Shown: positions 43,176 through 52,041 of the stretch, piece after piece
Numbering within the stretch: position 1 is the first letter of the stretch
Layout of the letters: the number at the start of each line of letters is the position of its first letter
NCBI GenBank assembly: GCA_963700635.1
Contig: CAVOYH010000002.1
Span: 96,001 to 160,000 of the forward strand
Direction of reading: 5' to 3'
Length of the DNA: 64,000 nt
DNA from: an uncultured Bacteroidota bacterium
GTDB lineage: Bacteria; Bacteroidota; Ignavibacteria; UBA10030; UBA6906
Notes under the pieces: model-generated
Database searches by the model: none
What the model was told of the DNA's origin: nothing
Seen by the model: only the letters and a program-made list of their open reading frames with translations
Program-made: the position numbers and the translations under genes

Positions 43176-43227
43176 GCCGCGCGAAAGCGAGTGGTCTGAT
43201 AGTGTGATTTTTCATTTTGAGCGTTGC

Positions 43228-43256
43228 AATGTAGCCATTTCCGTGCTGAGAATCAA
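43228..43256 (-). promoter_or_regulatory. Sigma70-like promoter of the glgA operon
   Basis: TTGATT-17-TACATT. Confidence 0.6.
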
Positions 43257-43283
43257 ATGATGTGTGCGTGAGCACATGACAAC

Positions 43284-43312
43284 TTGACAATTATGTGGGC
43301 AATGGCTATATT
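43284..43312 (+). promoter_or_regulatory. Sigma70 promoter of the porU leader
   Basis: TTGACA-17-TATATT. Confidence 0.8.
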
Positions 43313-43318
43313 GGTGCA

Positions 43319-43497
43319 GTACGATACACTACACATTGTGGAGCGCAGCCTATAGAGGTGTTTAGTTAAAGGTTGATGTACGAACTGTACGCAGGACGCG
43401 GGATCCTTTAACAGACATTCTATAACACGCTGGCGGCTCCATAAACATAGACCGCCGCCGAATGTTATGGAAGCAAAATAACGTTCGGTTTTTTTTT
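43319..43497 (+). ncRNA. Candidate structured leader RNA / attenuator (or sRNA) upstream of porU
   Basis: Rod-like hairpin 43336-43444 with G-U pairs, alternative antiterminator, and intrinsic terminator. Confidence 0.65.
43458..43497 (+). terminator. Intrinsic terminator between the promoter and porU
   Basis: CCGAATGTTAT/ATAACGTTCGG 11-bp stem plus T9. Confidence 0.85.
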
Positions 43498-43521
43498 GTT
43501 TACAGGAAGGGCAGTCAACAC

Positions 43522-46500
43522 GTGCGCGTAACGGTTTCCTGGATGGACTGGCGGTGGGTATGTGTGGCGGCGTGTGTTGTCTTCATGGTGGCAGGCACGG
43601 GAACCGTGTCGGGCGGTGAAACACCGGGCGACCTTGCGCAGTCACAACGGGGCGAACAGGACACCCGCATCCTTTCATATACCGCGCGGTCTGTGGTCCT
43701 CGAGTACACTCCTCTGTACACACACACGGATACCGTTCAGACCGGTCAGAAAACCTTTGTCCGTTTTGCCTTTGCTGGCTCCGTTGACGCCATGTCTCCC
43801 GAACGTGCGGGAGCGCCAGATCTCCGATATCGCCTTCTCCCCCTTGCCTTCCCCTCGGCCGGCGTGCATCAGGTGCGGCTGATCTCTTCTGATTATGAGG
43901 TCCTGGGCAACATCGACCTGCTTCCGGTTCCCAGAGTGCGGGTAAGCGACGGCATGTTCGAGGTCGCCGGGTACGAAACTGACCCCCAGCTGTACGGTCG
44001 CCCGGGTTTAATCCCGGACAACCCTGCGGACCTGACCGCACCGCAATTGGTGCGGAGCCTCCTGCTCGGCGGTGTTCGGCTCTGGCCTATCCAGTACGAT
44101 CCGGTTTCACGCACCGTGCGTCGCTCCTCCCGGATGGTGGTGGAAATTGAGTTTGCGCCCGGTACCGCGGTGCAGGTGGATGATCAGGATGTTCGATTGC
44201 TGGGGCCGTCCGTTGTAAACGAAAAAACACTCTTGTCCCTTCCGCGCCGCGGGCAGGTGTTTGCAAAATCGGCTCAGGTTTCAAGTGTGCTTGCTTCCGG
44301 GAATTGGTTCCGCATCCCGGTGACCGAGGAGGGGATCTACAGAATTGACGCCGCGTATCTTTCTGCGGCAGGTATTGCAGTCAGCAGCCTTGATCCACGC
44401 ACAATTCGCATCTATGGTAATGGTGGAGAGGAGCTGCCGGAAAATGTCACAGCCGCCAGACCGGTGGATCTTGTGGAGAACGCGATCTACGTTGAAGGTG
44501 AGGCCGACGGTCAATTTGGAACCTCCGACTACGTGCTTTTTTATGGCCGGTCACCGCGCGGATGGAAGTACGATGGCAGCGCGAAGACATGGCGGCACTT
44601 TATTAACCGCTACACGGAAACAAACTACTACTGGCTGACCTTCGGCGGCGCGAGCGGAAAACGTATGGCTGATGTACCATCGTCCACGGCACCGGCTTCA
44701 CTGGTCGTCGAGAAGTTTACCGACGGGGTCTTTGTCGAAGAAGAAAAAGTCAACAAACTGAGCTCCGGCAAAGACTGGTACGGTCAGTCGATCAGCGGCC
44801 CGAGTGGATCGTTCACGCACGTGAACATCCTTCCCGGTCTCGTGCCGAATGATATCATCAGGTACCGGTACACGCTCGTCGCCCACGATGAAACAACTCC
44901 CCGGTTTACCGTGACGGATGGCAGTACGACACTCGGAATCCACACGCTCCCATCCTCCTCCATGGCATATTATCTGTATTCGACCGCGGGGACCTTCGAA
45001 GCCACCGGGACGTCGAACGTGAACGCGAATACGAGCCAGTTCCATGTCGCCTACACCTCCGGCAGTGCCGCCTCAGAGGCGTGGATCGACTGGGTGGAGA
45101 TCCTGTATCCGCGCATGTTATGGGGTGTGAACAACAGTTTGCGGTTCCGCACGCCTGACGCGGATGGTATCGCGGAATACCGCCTGCAGCAGTTTACCTC
45201 GCGTCCGATGATCTTCCAGGTAACCGATCCCGCCAACGTGCGCCTGGTCTCCGGCGTAACCGGTTCGTATGCGTTCCGGGACACCCTGGTGGCCGGACGT
45301 GTATCGGACTACTGGGCAACAGCTGTGGGGGCCTGGAAGACTCCCTCTGCAGCTCAGAAGATTTCCAACCAGGATTTGCGGGGGTACAGTGCCGGTGCCG
45401 ATTTTATCATCCTCACGAGCTCGGAATTCCGTTCGCCGGCGGACCGCCTCGGGGCATTTCGTGAAAAGCCGGAGAATGGCGGCCTCAAGACACTCATCGT
45501 CGATGTCGCCGCGATCTACAACGAGTTTGGTGGCGGTTTGCCGGACATCACGGCGATCCGGGACTATCTGAAATATGCTTACGATACGTGGTCCCCGCGT
45601 CCGACGTTTGTCCTCATGTTCGGCGGCGCCTCTTTCGACTATAAGGGGATCCTTGGCGCCAAGTCAAGCTATGTTCCGACCTGGCAGAGTCCGGAGTCGC
45701 GTCACGACATCAACAGCTATTGTTCGGACGACTTTTTTGCGAAGTTTAATCTCGGAAATGCGCCGTCGCTGGTGCTTGGAAGGATCTCCTCGCGGACAGT
45801 CGCCGAAGCGAACATTGTTGTCGACAAGATCATCCGGTACCAGCAGGAGAGTGTGAATGACGCATGGAAGATGCGCATGCTCTATATCGGGGATGATTCT
45901 TGGACAACCGAAGGCGGCGACTTCCAGGATGGCACATTGCACAGCGATGACGCCGAAACGCTCAGCCTCCCGTTTTTCACGCCGGAAGAATTTGAGAAGC
46001 GCAAGATTCATATCGCGGAATACCCGACGGCGTTCACGGCACAGGGACGCCGGAAGCCGGGAGCGGCACAGGAAATTATTGACCTGGTAAATCAGGGGAT
46101 TCTGGTTCTTAACTACTCCGGCCACGGCAATCCGAACGTCTGGGCCCATGAACGGATCTTCGAAGTCACGACGTCCATCCCCCCGATGACAAATCGGAAT
46201 CGACTGGCCCTGTTTATCCTGGCGACCTGTAATTTTTCCCAGTTTGATGATCCGCGCAGTTATACGGGCGCTGAACTCCTTATGAACAAGTCCGATGGCG
46301 GAGCAATGGGCGTGATCTCCGCCTCCCGAAAAGTGTACGCTTCCAGCAATGCAAAGCTGAATCAGGGTACCTACCGGCGTCTGTTCTCGCGGGACGCCTA
46401 CAATCGTGTTGTGGTCGAACGACCGGCGACGGCGCTGTTCATGTACAAAGCGACCGGTGGAAATGACGACAACGATCAGAAGTTTTTCTTTATGGGCGAC

Positions 46501-47622
46501 CCGACAGTCCGCCTGGCCTATCCGCAGGGATACGCGGTGATTGACAGCATCAACGGAGAACGGGTCGACAGTGTCGGCGGAGTTCCGCGTCAAACCCCCA
46601 TTACCCTGAAAGCGCTGAGCCGCGTGACCGTGAGTGGTACCGTTCGGGATGCCAACAACACAACGGACGCCGGCTTCAACGGCGTGTTGCAGTTGCGGGT
46701 GAACGATGTCACCCGGCAACAGCTGATCGTCAACTTTTATCCGGGACGCAACTGGTCGTATACTTCAACCGGAGGGACAATCTACCGGGGCGACAACTCC
46801 ATAACGCAGGGGAAGTTCCGCGCAACCTTCGTCGTTCCGAAAGACATTTCGTACGCCGATACCACGGGGCGCGGACGTGTAGTCGGATATTTTTCAAACG
46901 GAGCCGCCGATGGCGCGGGTTTTACCGGACTGCTTCGTATCGGAGGGACTGATTCAACCGCTGCCAATGACGGCGAGGGGCCGCGTATGCGGATCTATCT
47001 GGGAACCCGCGGTTTCAGACCCGGTGATGTCGTCACCGAAAAACCGACATTACTTGTAGACCTACAGGACTCGAGCGGTGTGAACACATCGACAGCGGGT
47101 ATCGGGCACCGGATCGAGGCGTGGATTAACAGCAGCATTCAGAGTAAAGATCTGACCGAATTTTATACAAGTACACGGGACGATTTCCGGGAGGGTTCGG
47201 TACAGTATCAACTTGCGAATCTGCCCGCCGGACGCAATACGATCAGGGTCAGAGCATGGGATTCCTATAACAACTCGTCGGTCGAGGAAACCTATTTTGA
47301 TGTGGCCTCCTCGGACCGGTTGAGCGTCAGCAACGTGTTTAACTACCCCAATCCGTTTTCGGGCGAAACGTTGTTCACGTTCCGGCAGAATCTCAGCGCT
47401 CCGCTCGATGTGGAAGTAAAGGTGTATACCCTTGCAGGCAGGTTGATCCAGTCGATTCAAACGATCGCAAACGGAGAGCCTATGGTGCGGGTTCCGTGGG
47501 ATGGAAGGGATAGGGATGGCGATCTGCCGGCAAATGGTGTATATTTGTACAAGCTCATAGTACGAACAACGGACGGCAGGTTCGCCAGTGAAGCACTCGG
47601 CAAGCTGACGGTCCTGCGGTGA
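43522..47622 (+). CDS. porU: T9SS sortase PorU (C25 gingipain family)
   Basis: SSVLASGNWFRI, YGNGG, IYNEF, NYSGHG (His), ATCNF (Cys), AWDSYNN, NYPNPF CTD. Confidence 0.93.
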   Translation: MRVTVSWMDWRWVCVAACVVFMVAGTGTVSGGETPGDLAQSQRGEQDTRILSYTARSVVLEYTPLYTHTDTVQTGQKTFVRFAFAGSVDAMSPERAGAPDLRYRLLPLAFPSAGVHQVRLISSDYEVLGNIDLLPVPRVRVSDGMFEVAGYETDPQLYGRPGLIPDNPADLTAPQLVRSLLLGGVRLWPIQYDPVSRTVRRSSRMVVEIEFAPGTAVQVDDQDVRLLGPSVVNEKTLLSLPRRGQVFAKSAQVSSVLASGNWFRIPVTEEGIYRIDAAYLSAAGIAVSSLDPRTIRIYGNGGEELPENVTAARPVDLVENAIYVEGEADGQFGTSDYVLFYGRSPRGWKYDGSAKTWRHFINRYTETNYYWLTFGGASGKRMADVPSSTAPASLVVEKFTDGVFVEEEKVNKLSSGKDWYGQSISGPSGSFTHVNILPGLVPNDIIRYRYTLVAHDETTPRFTVTDGSTTLGIHTLPSSSMAYYLYSTAGTFEATGTSNVNANTSQFHVAYTSGSAASEAWIDWVEILYPRMLWGVNNSLRFRTPDADGIAEYRLQQFTSRPMIFQVTDPANVRLVSGVTGSYAFRDTLVAGRVSDYWATAVGAWKTPSAAQKISNQDLRGYSAGADFIILTSSEFRSPADRLGAFREKPENGGLKTLIVDVAAIYNEFGGGLPDITAIRDYLKYAYDTWSPRPTFVLMFGGASFDYKGILGAKSSYVPTWQSPESRHDINSYCSDDFFAKFNLGNAPSLVLGRISSRTVAEANIVVDKIIRYQQESVNDAWKMRMLYIGDDSWTTEGGDFQDGTLHSDDAETLSLPFFTPEEFEKRKIHIAEYPTAFTAQGRRKPGAAQEIIDLVNQGILVLNYSGHGNPNVWAHERIFEVTTSIPPMTNRNRLALFILATCNFSQFDDPRSYTGAELLMNKSDGGAMGVISASRKVYASSNAKLNQGTYRRLFSRDAYNRVVVERPATALFMYKATGGNDDNDQKFFFMGDPTVRLAYPQGYAVIDSINGERVDSVGGVPRQTPITLKALSRVTVSGTVRDANNTTDAGFNGVLQLRVNDVTRQQLIVNFYPGRNWSYTSTGGTIYRGDNSITQGKFRATFVVPKDISYADTTGRGRVVGYFSNGAADGAGFTGLLRIGGTDSTAANDGEGPRMRIYLGTRGFRPGDVVTEKPTLLVDLQDSSGVNTSTAGIGHRIEAWINSSIQSKDLTEFYTSTRDDFREGSVQYQLANLPAGRNTIRVRAWDSYNNSSVEETYFDVASSDRLSVSNVFNYPNPFSGETLFTFRQNLSAPLDVEVKVYTLAGRLIQSIQTIANGEPMVRVPWDGRDRDGDLPANGVYLYKLIVRTTDGRFASEALGKLTVLR

Positions 47623-47674
47623 GACAGAACGAATTCACAGGCAACATATTGTTTGATCAGGAGGATTTTTTCAC

Positions 47675-48793
47675 ATGAAGACCAAGAATGTATCCAGCGC
47701 CATCGTACCGTTGCTGCTGACCATACTCCTCGTTGCCGGAGTCTGCGGTGAAGCGCGCGCACAGGGGGAGTCGGCCGTTCCGTTTCTGCTCATCGCGCCG
47801 AATTCCCGCGCTTCCGGGATGGGAGAATCAGGGACAGGCGTCGTAGACGATGCATCGGCGATATTCTGGAATCCCGCCGCCCTCGCATTTATGAAAGGGC
47901 AGGAAGTCAGCATCACGCACGCCAACTGGCTCCCGCAGTTTAACCTCCCGGATCTGTTCTATGATCATCTGAACTACCGGATGGATATTGATGCAATCGG
48001 AGGCACGATCGGCGCCAGCGTTACGTATCTGAGCCTGGGTGAATTTGCTGTGACGAATTCGTCCGGACCGACCGTGATCGACAAGTTTAAATCCTTCGAG
48101 TATGCCGTGACGGCCGGCTACGCCACAAAGGCCACGGATGATCTCGGGGTGGGGATGAATGTGCGGTTTATCCATAGCGCACTTTCGCCCATTGGGACGG
48201 AATCCGAACAGGGTAACGGAATCGCGTCCACGGTGAGCTTTGACCTTGCGATGATGTACCGGCCGCAAACGTTGAATGTTCCGCTGCTCGGCGATCTTGG
48301 CAAACGGTTCAGCTTCGGTGTGAACCTCTCCAACCTCGGACCAAAAGTCACCTACGTCGATGCGGATCAGGCGGATCCCCTGCCGACAAACCTGCGCGTC
48401 GGGATGGGATACAAGGTTCTGGATGATGAATACAACAGCCTGCAGATGGCGGTGGACTTCAGCCGCCTTCTGGTTCGCCGGCGCGAGGACCAGACCTCCG
48501 ATCCGTTCTACAAGGCGCTGTTCACCGCATGGAGTGACGGGAGCGGCATCCGGAAAATCATCGTAAGCGGCGGGGCGGAATACTGGTACGGATCACCGCG
48601 GCTCATCGCGCTCCGCATCGGATACTTCTACGAAAGCCCGAGTTTCGGAAACCGGAAATTCCTCACCTTCGGAGCAGGCATCCGGTACGATATCTACGGA
48701 TTCGACTTCAGCTATATTTCGGCGTCGGATAATCATCCACTTTCAGACACCATCAGATTTTCCCTCCTCATTGCCTGGGGAGGGACGGAGTAA
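47675..48793 (+). CDS. porV: T9SS outer membrane shuttle PorV
   Basis: AVPFLLIAPNSRASGMG, FWNPA, SNLGPK, PTNLR, GNRKFLTFGAG, HPLSDTIRFSL. Confidence 0.92.
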   Translation: MKTKNVSSAIVPLLLTILLVAGVCGEARAQGESAVPFLLIAPNSRASGMGESGTGVVDDASAIFWNPAALAFMKGQEVSITHANWLPQFNLPDLFYDHLNYRMDIDAIGGTIGASVTYLSLGEFAVTNSSGPTVIDKFKSFEYAVTAGYATKATDDLGVGMNVRFIHSALSPIGTESEQGNGIASTVSFDLAMMYRPQTLNVPLLGDLGKRFSFGVNLSNLGPKVTYVDADQADPLPTNLRVGMGYKVLDDEYNSLQMAVDFSRLLVRRREDQTSDPFYKALFTAWSDGSGIRKIIVSGGAEYWYGSPRLIALRIGYFYESPSFGNRKFLTFGAGIRYDIYGFDFSYISASDNHPLSDTIRFSLLIAWGGTE

Positions 48794-48801
48794 GAATGTA
48801 G

Positions 48802-51800
48802 ATGACCCGACTCTGTGGCGTCCTTCTCGCCCTGTCAATACCCTTGACGTTGGTGGGGCAGTTTCTAGATCACGCGCTTATCAGTTCACCTGCCGACGTG
48901 CCCAGCGCACGTCGGTCGTTTTCCGCATTACCGGATACGATCGACGTTCTGGCGGTGATGGTGCAATTCCAGCAGGATACCGACTCCCGATCATCAGGAA
49001 CCGGACAGTTCGACCTCTCCACCGTCACCACGGCTGACGTTCCCATCGATGCCCCGCCGCGCAACGCCGCGTATTTTCATGACCATCTTGACTTCCTCGC
49101 GTCGTATTATAAGCAGGTCTCAAAAGGCAAGGTAATCATCCGCGCTACGCTTATCCCGGACGTGATCACGTTGCCCTCGGTGATGGCACGCTACAGCCCG
49201 GTAAAAAACGGGCCGAATACTCCCGTGGCCGACCTCGCCCGCGACACCTGGCGGAGGGCAGACTCGCTCGGAGTGATAACGGGTATTGAGACATTCGAAG
49301 CCTTTATCGTTTTCCATGCGGGCGTGGGGCGCGATATTGACCTTGTCGGCGCCCTCGGATACGATCCGGCGCCTCTTGATATCCCTTCGCTCTACCTCGG
49401 CGCCGGTGCCTTTCAGGAAGCGCACGGTTCGCCCGGCATCCCCGTGCGGGGGGGCTCTTTCCTCGTGCCCAATTCGCTCATCATCCCCGAAACGGAAAGC
49501 CGTTCAGTCCCCGGCCTGACGGGAGACGTGTTTCTTGAGTACGGAATCAACGGTCTCCTCTGCGCCTCCCTGGGAAACTATCTCGGTCTTCCGGATTTGT
49601 TCGACACAAAAACTGGACGGTCAGGCATCGGTGGGTTCGGACTTATGGATGGCCAGTCGATTTTCAGCTTCAGCGGCGCCTTTCCGCCGGAGCCGTCGGC
49701 CTGGGAAAAATACTGGCTCGGCTGGATTGAACCAATTCAGGTTCAACCCGGCTCGACACTGCTTTCACTTCCTGCCGTTGCGCTTGCCGATTCGATCTAC
49801 CGCGTGCCTATCGGTGCCCGGGAATACTACCTCGTGGAAAACCGCAACCGCGATCCACGGCAGGATGGTCAGCGTATTACCATGGTCGTCAATGGTGCAA
49901 CGAAAACACAATCCTTTGCGCGCGACACGGCCGGTTTTAATGCTTTTGATATCTCGGCACTGGAGGGTTCCGTTACTGCAGTCGAAGATTTTGACTGGAG
50001 CCTTCCCGGCGGTGTGGATAACGCCGGAACATTTTATGATGGCGGCATCCTGATCTGGCACATTGACGAAAGCGTGATCGCATCGGACCTTGCAACAAAC
50101 ACGATCAACGCCAACCCCTCCCGGAGGGGCGTTGACGTTGAGGAAGCTGATGGATCCCAGGATATCGGGCAGGAGTATGGATTCCTTTCGGCAGGGGGCG
50201 GGAGTGAAAACGGAACTGCGCTGGATTTCTGGTACCAGGGGAATTCCTCCCCGGTGAACAAGAACACGTTCGGTGCGAATACATATCCCCCGACCCTGAG
50301 TAATGACGGCGCTCTTGCTCATGTGACAATGCAGGAGTTCAGCGCACGCGGCCCCCGTATGTCGGTTCGCGTGATAGTCGGGGATGAGCAGATACAACCT
50401 CTGGCCGGATTCCCGAAGGAAACGCGGCGGCAACTCCCGCCCCATGCGCTCACGGTTGCACCTCCGGGGCCGACATCCAGTCCGGGTATCTTTGTGACAA
50501 CTGTAACCACGGCATCGCCTCCCATCCGCGGAACTACAAGCGCATCAGCTCCCGCCGAGGCCATCGGGTTCGGTTGGAGAATTGACGGCAAGCCGGTTCT
50601 TGGTACCGGGAGAGGGGATGGAACACTTTTGCAGGGTGACGGAGCCCGTTTCCTGTCCGGCACATCAGTCACAGATCTGAACGCCGATGGCGTGGCGGAC
50701 ATCCTGGTTGGAGCTTCCGGAGTGGGAGGGTTTGCCCGGGGTTACACGCTCCAGGATACAAACAGCGACAGTCTGGCTGATCCTCTCTTTTCTCTTCAGC
50801 TCACGGCCCCTTCTGGTATGCCCCCGCTCCCGGAGCCAGATCACCAAACAGGCCTTTCTGCATTTCCGCCCATTCCGGGTCCGACATTGCTTGCGGTGGC
50901 AGGTGACAGCGGCAGCGTTCGTTGGGTCACAAAGGGCGGGGTGTTTATAGCCACTGAACGTGTTCTGGCCGATGCCACGGCCTCCGTCGCCGGCATCAGC
51001 CGGTTCGCGAGCCTGCATTCATTTATCATCACAGGAACGGACGGTACTGTTGCGATACGATCCAGAATGTTTCCGTCCGGTGCTATTACTGGTGACCCCC
51101 GGCGGACGCTCGGGCAATCCATTGCGGGTCCGGCGGCGAGCGGCACGTTTGGTTCGGCTGTACGCATCGCAGTTGGGACGACGGATGGCTGGGTCTATCT
51201 CCTGAATGACATGCTGGAGACAGTGCCGGGATTCCCGGTAAAGGCCGGAACCCGGCTCAGTGATCCGCCTGCCATCGCCGATGTTGACGGTGACGGGCAA
51301 CGTGATATCGTGGTCTTCTCCGGCAACCGTATCCTGGTGTGGAATGCCGCGGGAGTGCTGGCAGATAATTTCCCCGTGATCCTCCCAACGGAAGACGCTC
51401 TTTTGTCGGCCCCGGTTGTGGGGGATGTGAATGGAGACGGTCTTCCTGATATCGTCGGTGCAACGGAGCGGGGACTTCTTGTTGCCTACGACAGGACCGG
51501 GAAGCCGGTTTCTGGTTTCCCTCTGCTCGCGGGCTCGGGCCGCCACTCGGTTGCCATTTTCACCGCGACAGACTCTATTATTGTGGCTGCCGCGTCGGGT
51601 GAAGACGGATCTGTGTCCGCCTGGCTGACAGGCAGAGCTACGCTTCCCGTGCAGGCGAGCCGTTATCCATGGCCGCAGTTCCAGCGCGATGCGGCGCATT
51701 CGGGCCTGGATACGACGCGGATCACCGGAACGTCACCGTCCACCGACTTTTTCCCCCCGTCAAGGGCCTACAACTGGCCCAACCCGGCGTATGATGGGAA

Positions 51801-52029
51801 GACGATGATCCGCTATTTCGTACGCGAGACCGCCGCCGTGCAGATCAAGATCTATGATATGGCCGGTGATCTGGTTACGTCTCTGGTTGGTCCGGGAATT
51901 GCCGGGCTGGACAATGAGGTTGTGTGGGATCTCTCGCAGGTGCAGAGTGGCGTGTATTTTGCCCACATTGAAGCTTCTGCAGCGGTAGGAAACGGATCTA
52001 CAGTCATCAAAATCGCCGTCGTAAAATAG
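48802..52029 (+). CDS. M6/immune inhibitor A-like domain (zinc motif lost) + FG-GAP repeats + T9SS CTD
   Basis: FHAGVG, LGLPDLFD, LMDG, AWEK..LGW, EYYLVENR, ILIWHID; DLNADG/DVDGDG repeats; YNWPNP..SGVYF CTD. Confidence 0.8.
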   Translation: MTRLCGVLLALSIPLTLVGQFLDHALISSPADVPSARRSFSALPDTIDVLAVMVQFQQDTDSRSSGTGQFDLSTVTTADVPIDAPPRNAAYFHDHLDFLASYYKQVSKGKVIIRATLIPDVITLPSVMARYSPVKNGPNTPVADLARDTWRRADSLGVITGIETFEAFIVFHAGVGRDIDLVGALGYDPAPLDIPSLYLGAGAFQEAHGSPGIPVRGGSFLVPNSLIIPETESRSVPGLTGDVFLEYGINGLLCASLGNYLGLPDLFDTKTGRSGIGGFGLMDGQSIFSFSGAFPPEPSAWEKYWLGWIEPIQVQPGSTLLSLPAVALADSIYRVPIGAREYYLVENRNRDPRQDGQRITMVVNGATKTQSFARDTAGFNAFDISALEGSVTAVEDFDWSLPGGVDNAGTFYDGGILIWHIDESVIASDLATNTINANPSRRGVDVEEADGSQDIGQEYGFLSAGGGSENGTALDFWYQGNSSPVNKNTFGANTYPPTLSNDGALAHVTMQEFSARGPRMSVRVIVGDEQIQPLAGFPKETRRQLPPHALTVAPPGPTSSPGIFVTTVTTASPPIRGTTSASAPAEAIGFGWRIDGKPVLGTGRGDGTLLQGDGARFLSGTSVTDLNADGVADILVGASGVGGFARGYTLQDTNSDSLADPLFSLQLTAPSGMPPLPEPDHQTGLSAFPPIPGPTLLAVAGDSGSVRWVTKGGVFIATERVLADATASVAGISRFASLHSFIITGTDGTVAIRSRMFPSGAITGDPRRTLGQSIAGPAASGTFGSAVRIAVGTTDGWVYLLNDMLETVPGFPVKAGTRLSDPPAIADVDGDGQRDIVVFSGNRILVWNAAGVLADNFPVILPTEDALLSAPVVGDVNGDGLPDIVGATERGLLVAYDRTGKPVSGFPLLAGSGRHSVAIFTATDSIIVAAASGEDGSVSAWLTGRATLPVQASRYPWPQFQRDAAHSGLDTTRITGTSPSTDFFPPSRAYNWPNPAYDGKTMIRYFVRETAAVQIKIYDMAGDLVTSLVGPGIAGLDNEVVWDLSQVQSGVYFAHIEASAAVGNGSTVIKIAVVK

Positions 52030-52041
52030 CCGGAACTCATA

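Noticed and set aside
43319-43497. Assignment of the porU leader to T-box, lysine, Mn (yybP), c-di-GMP, SRP or 6S RNA
   Set aside because: No UGGNACC T-box. AGAGGUG is not followed by the lysine architecture. AAAGG...GCGGGAUCCUUU encloses too little sequence for yybP. No GEMM or SRP core. No 5'-3' closing stem or zapA synteny for 6S. An Rfam search is still needed.
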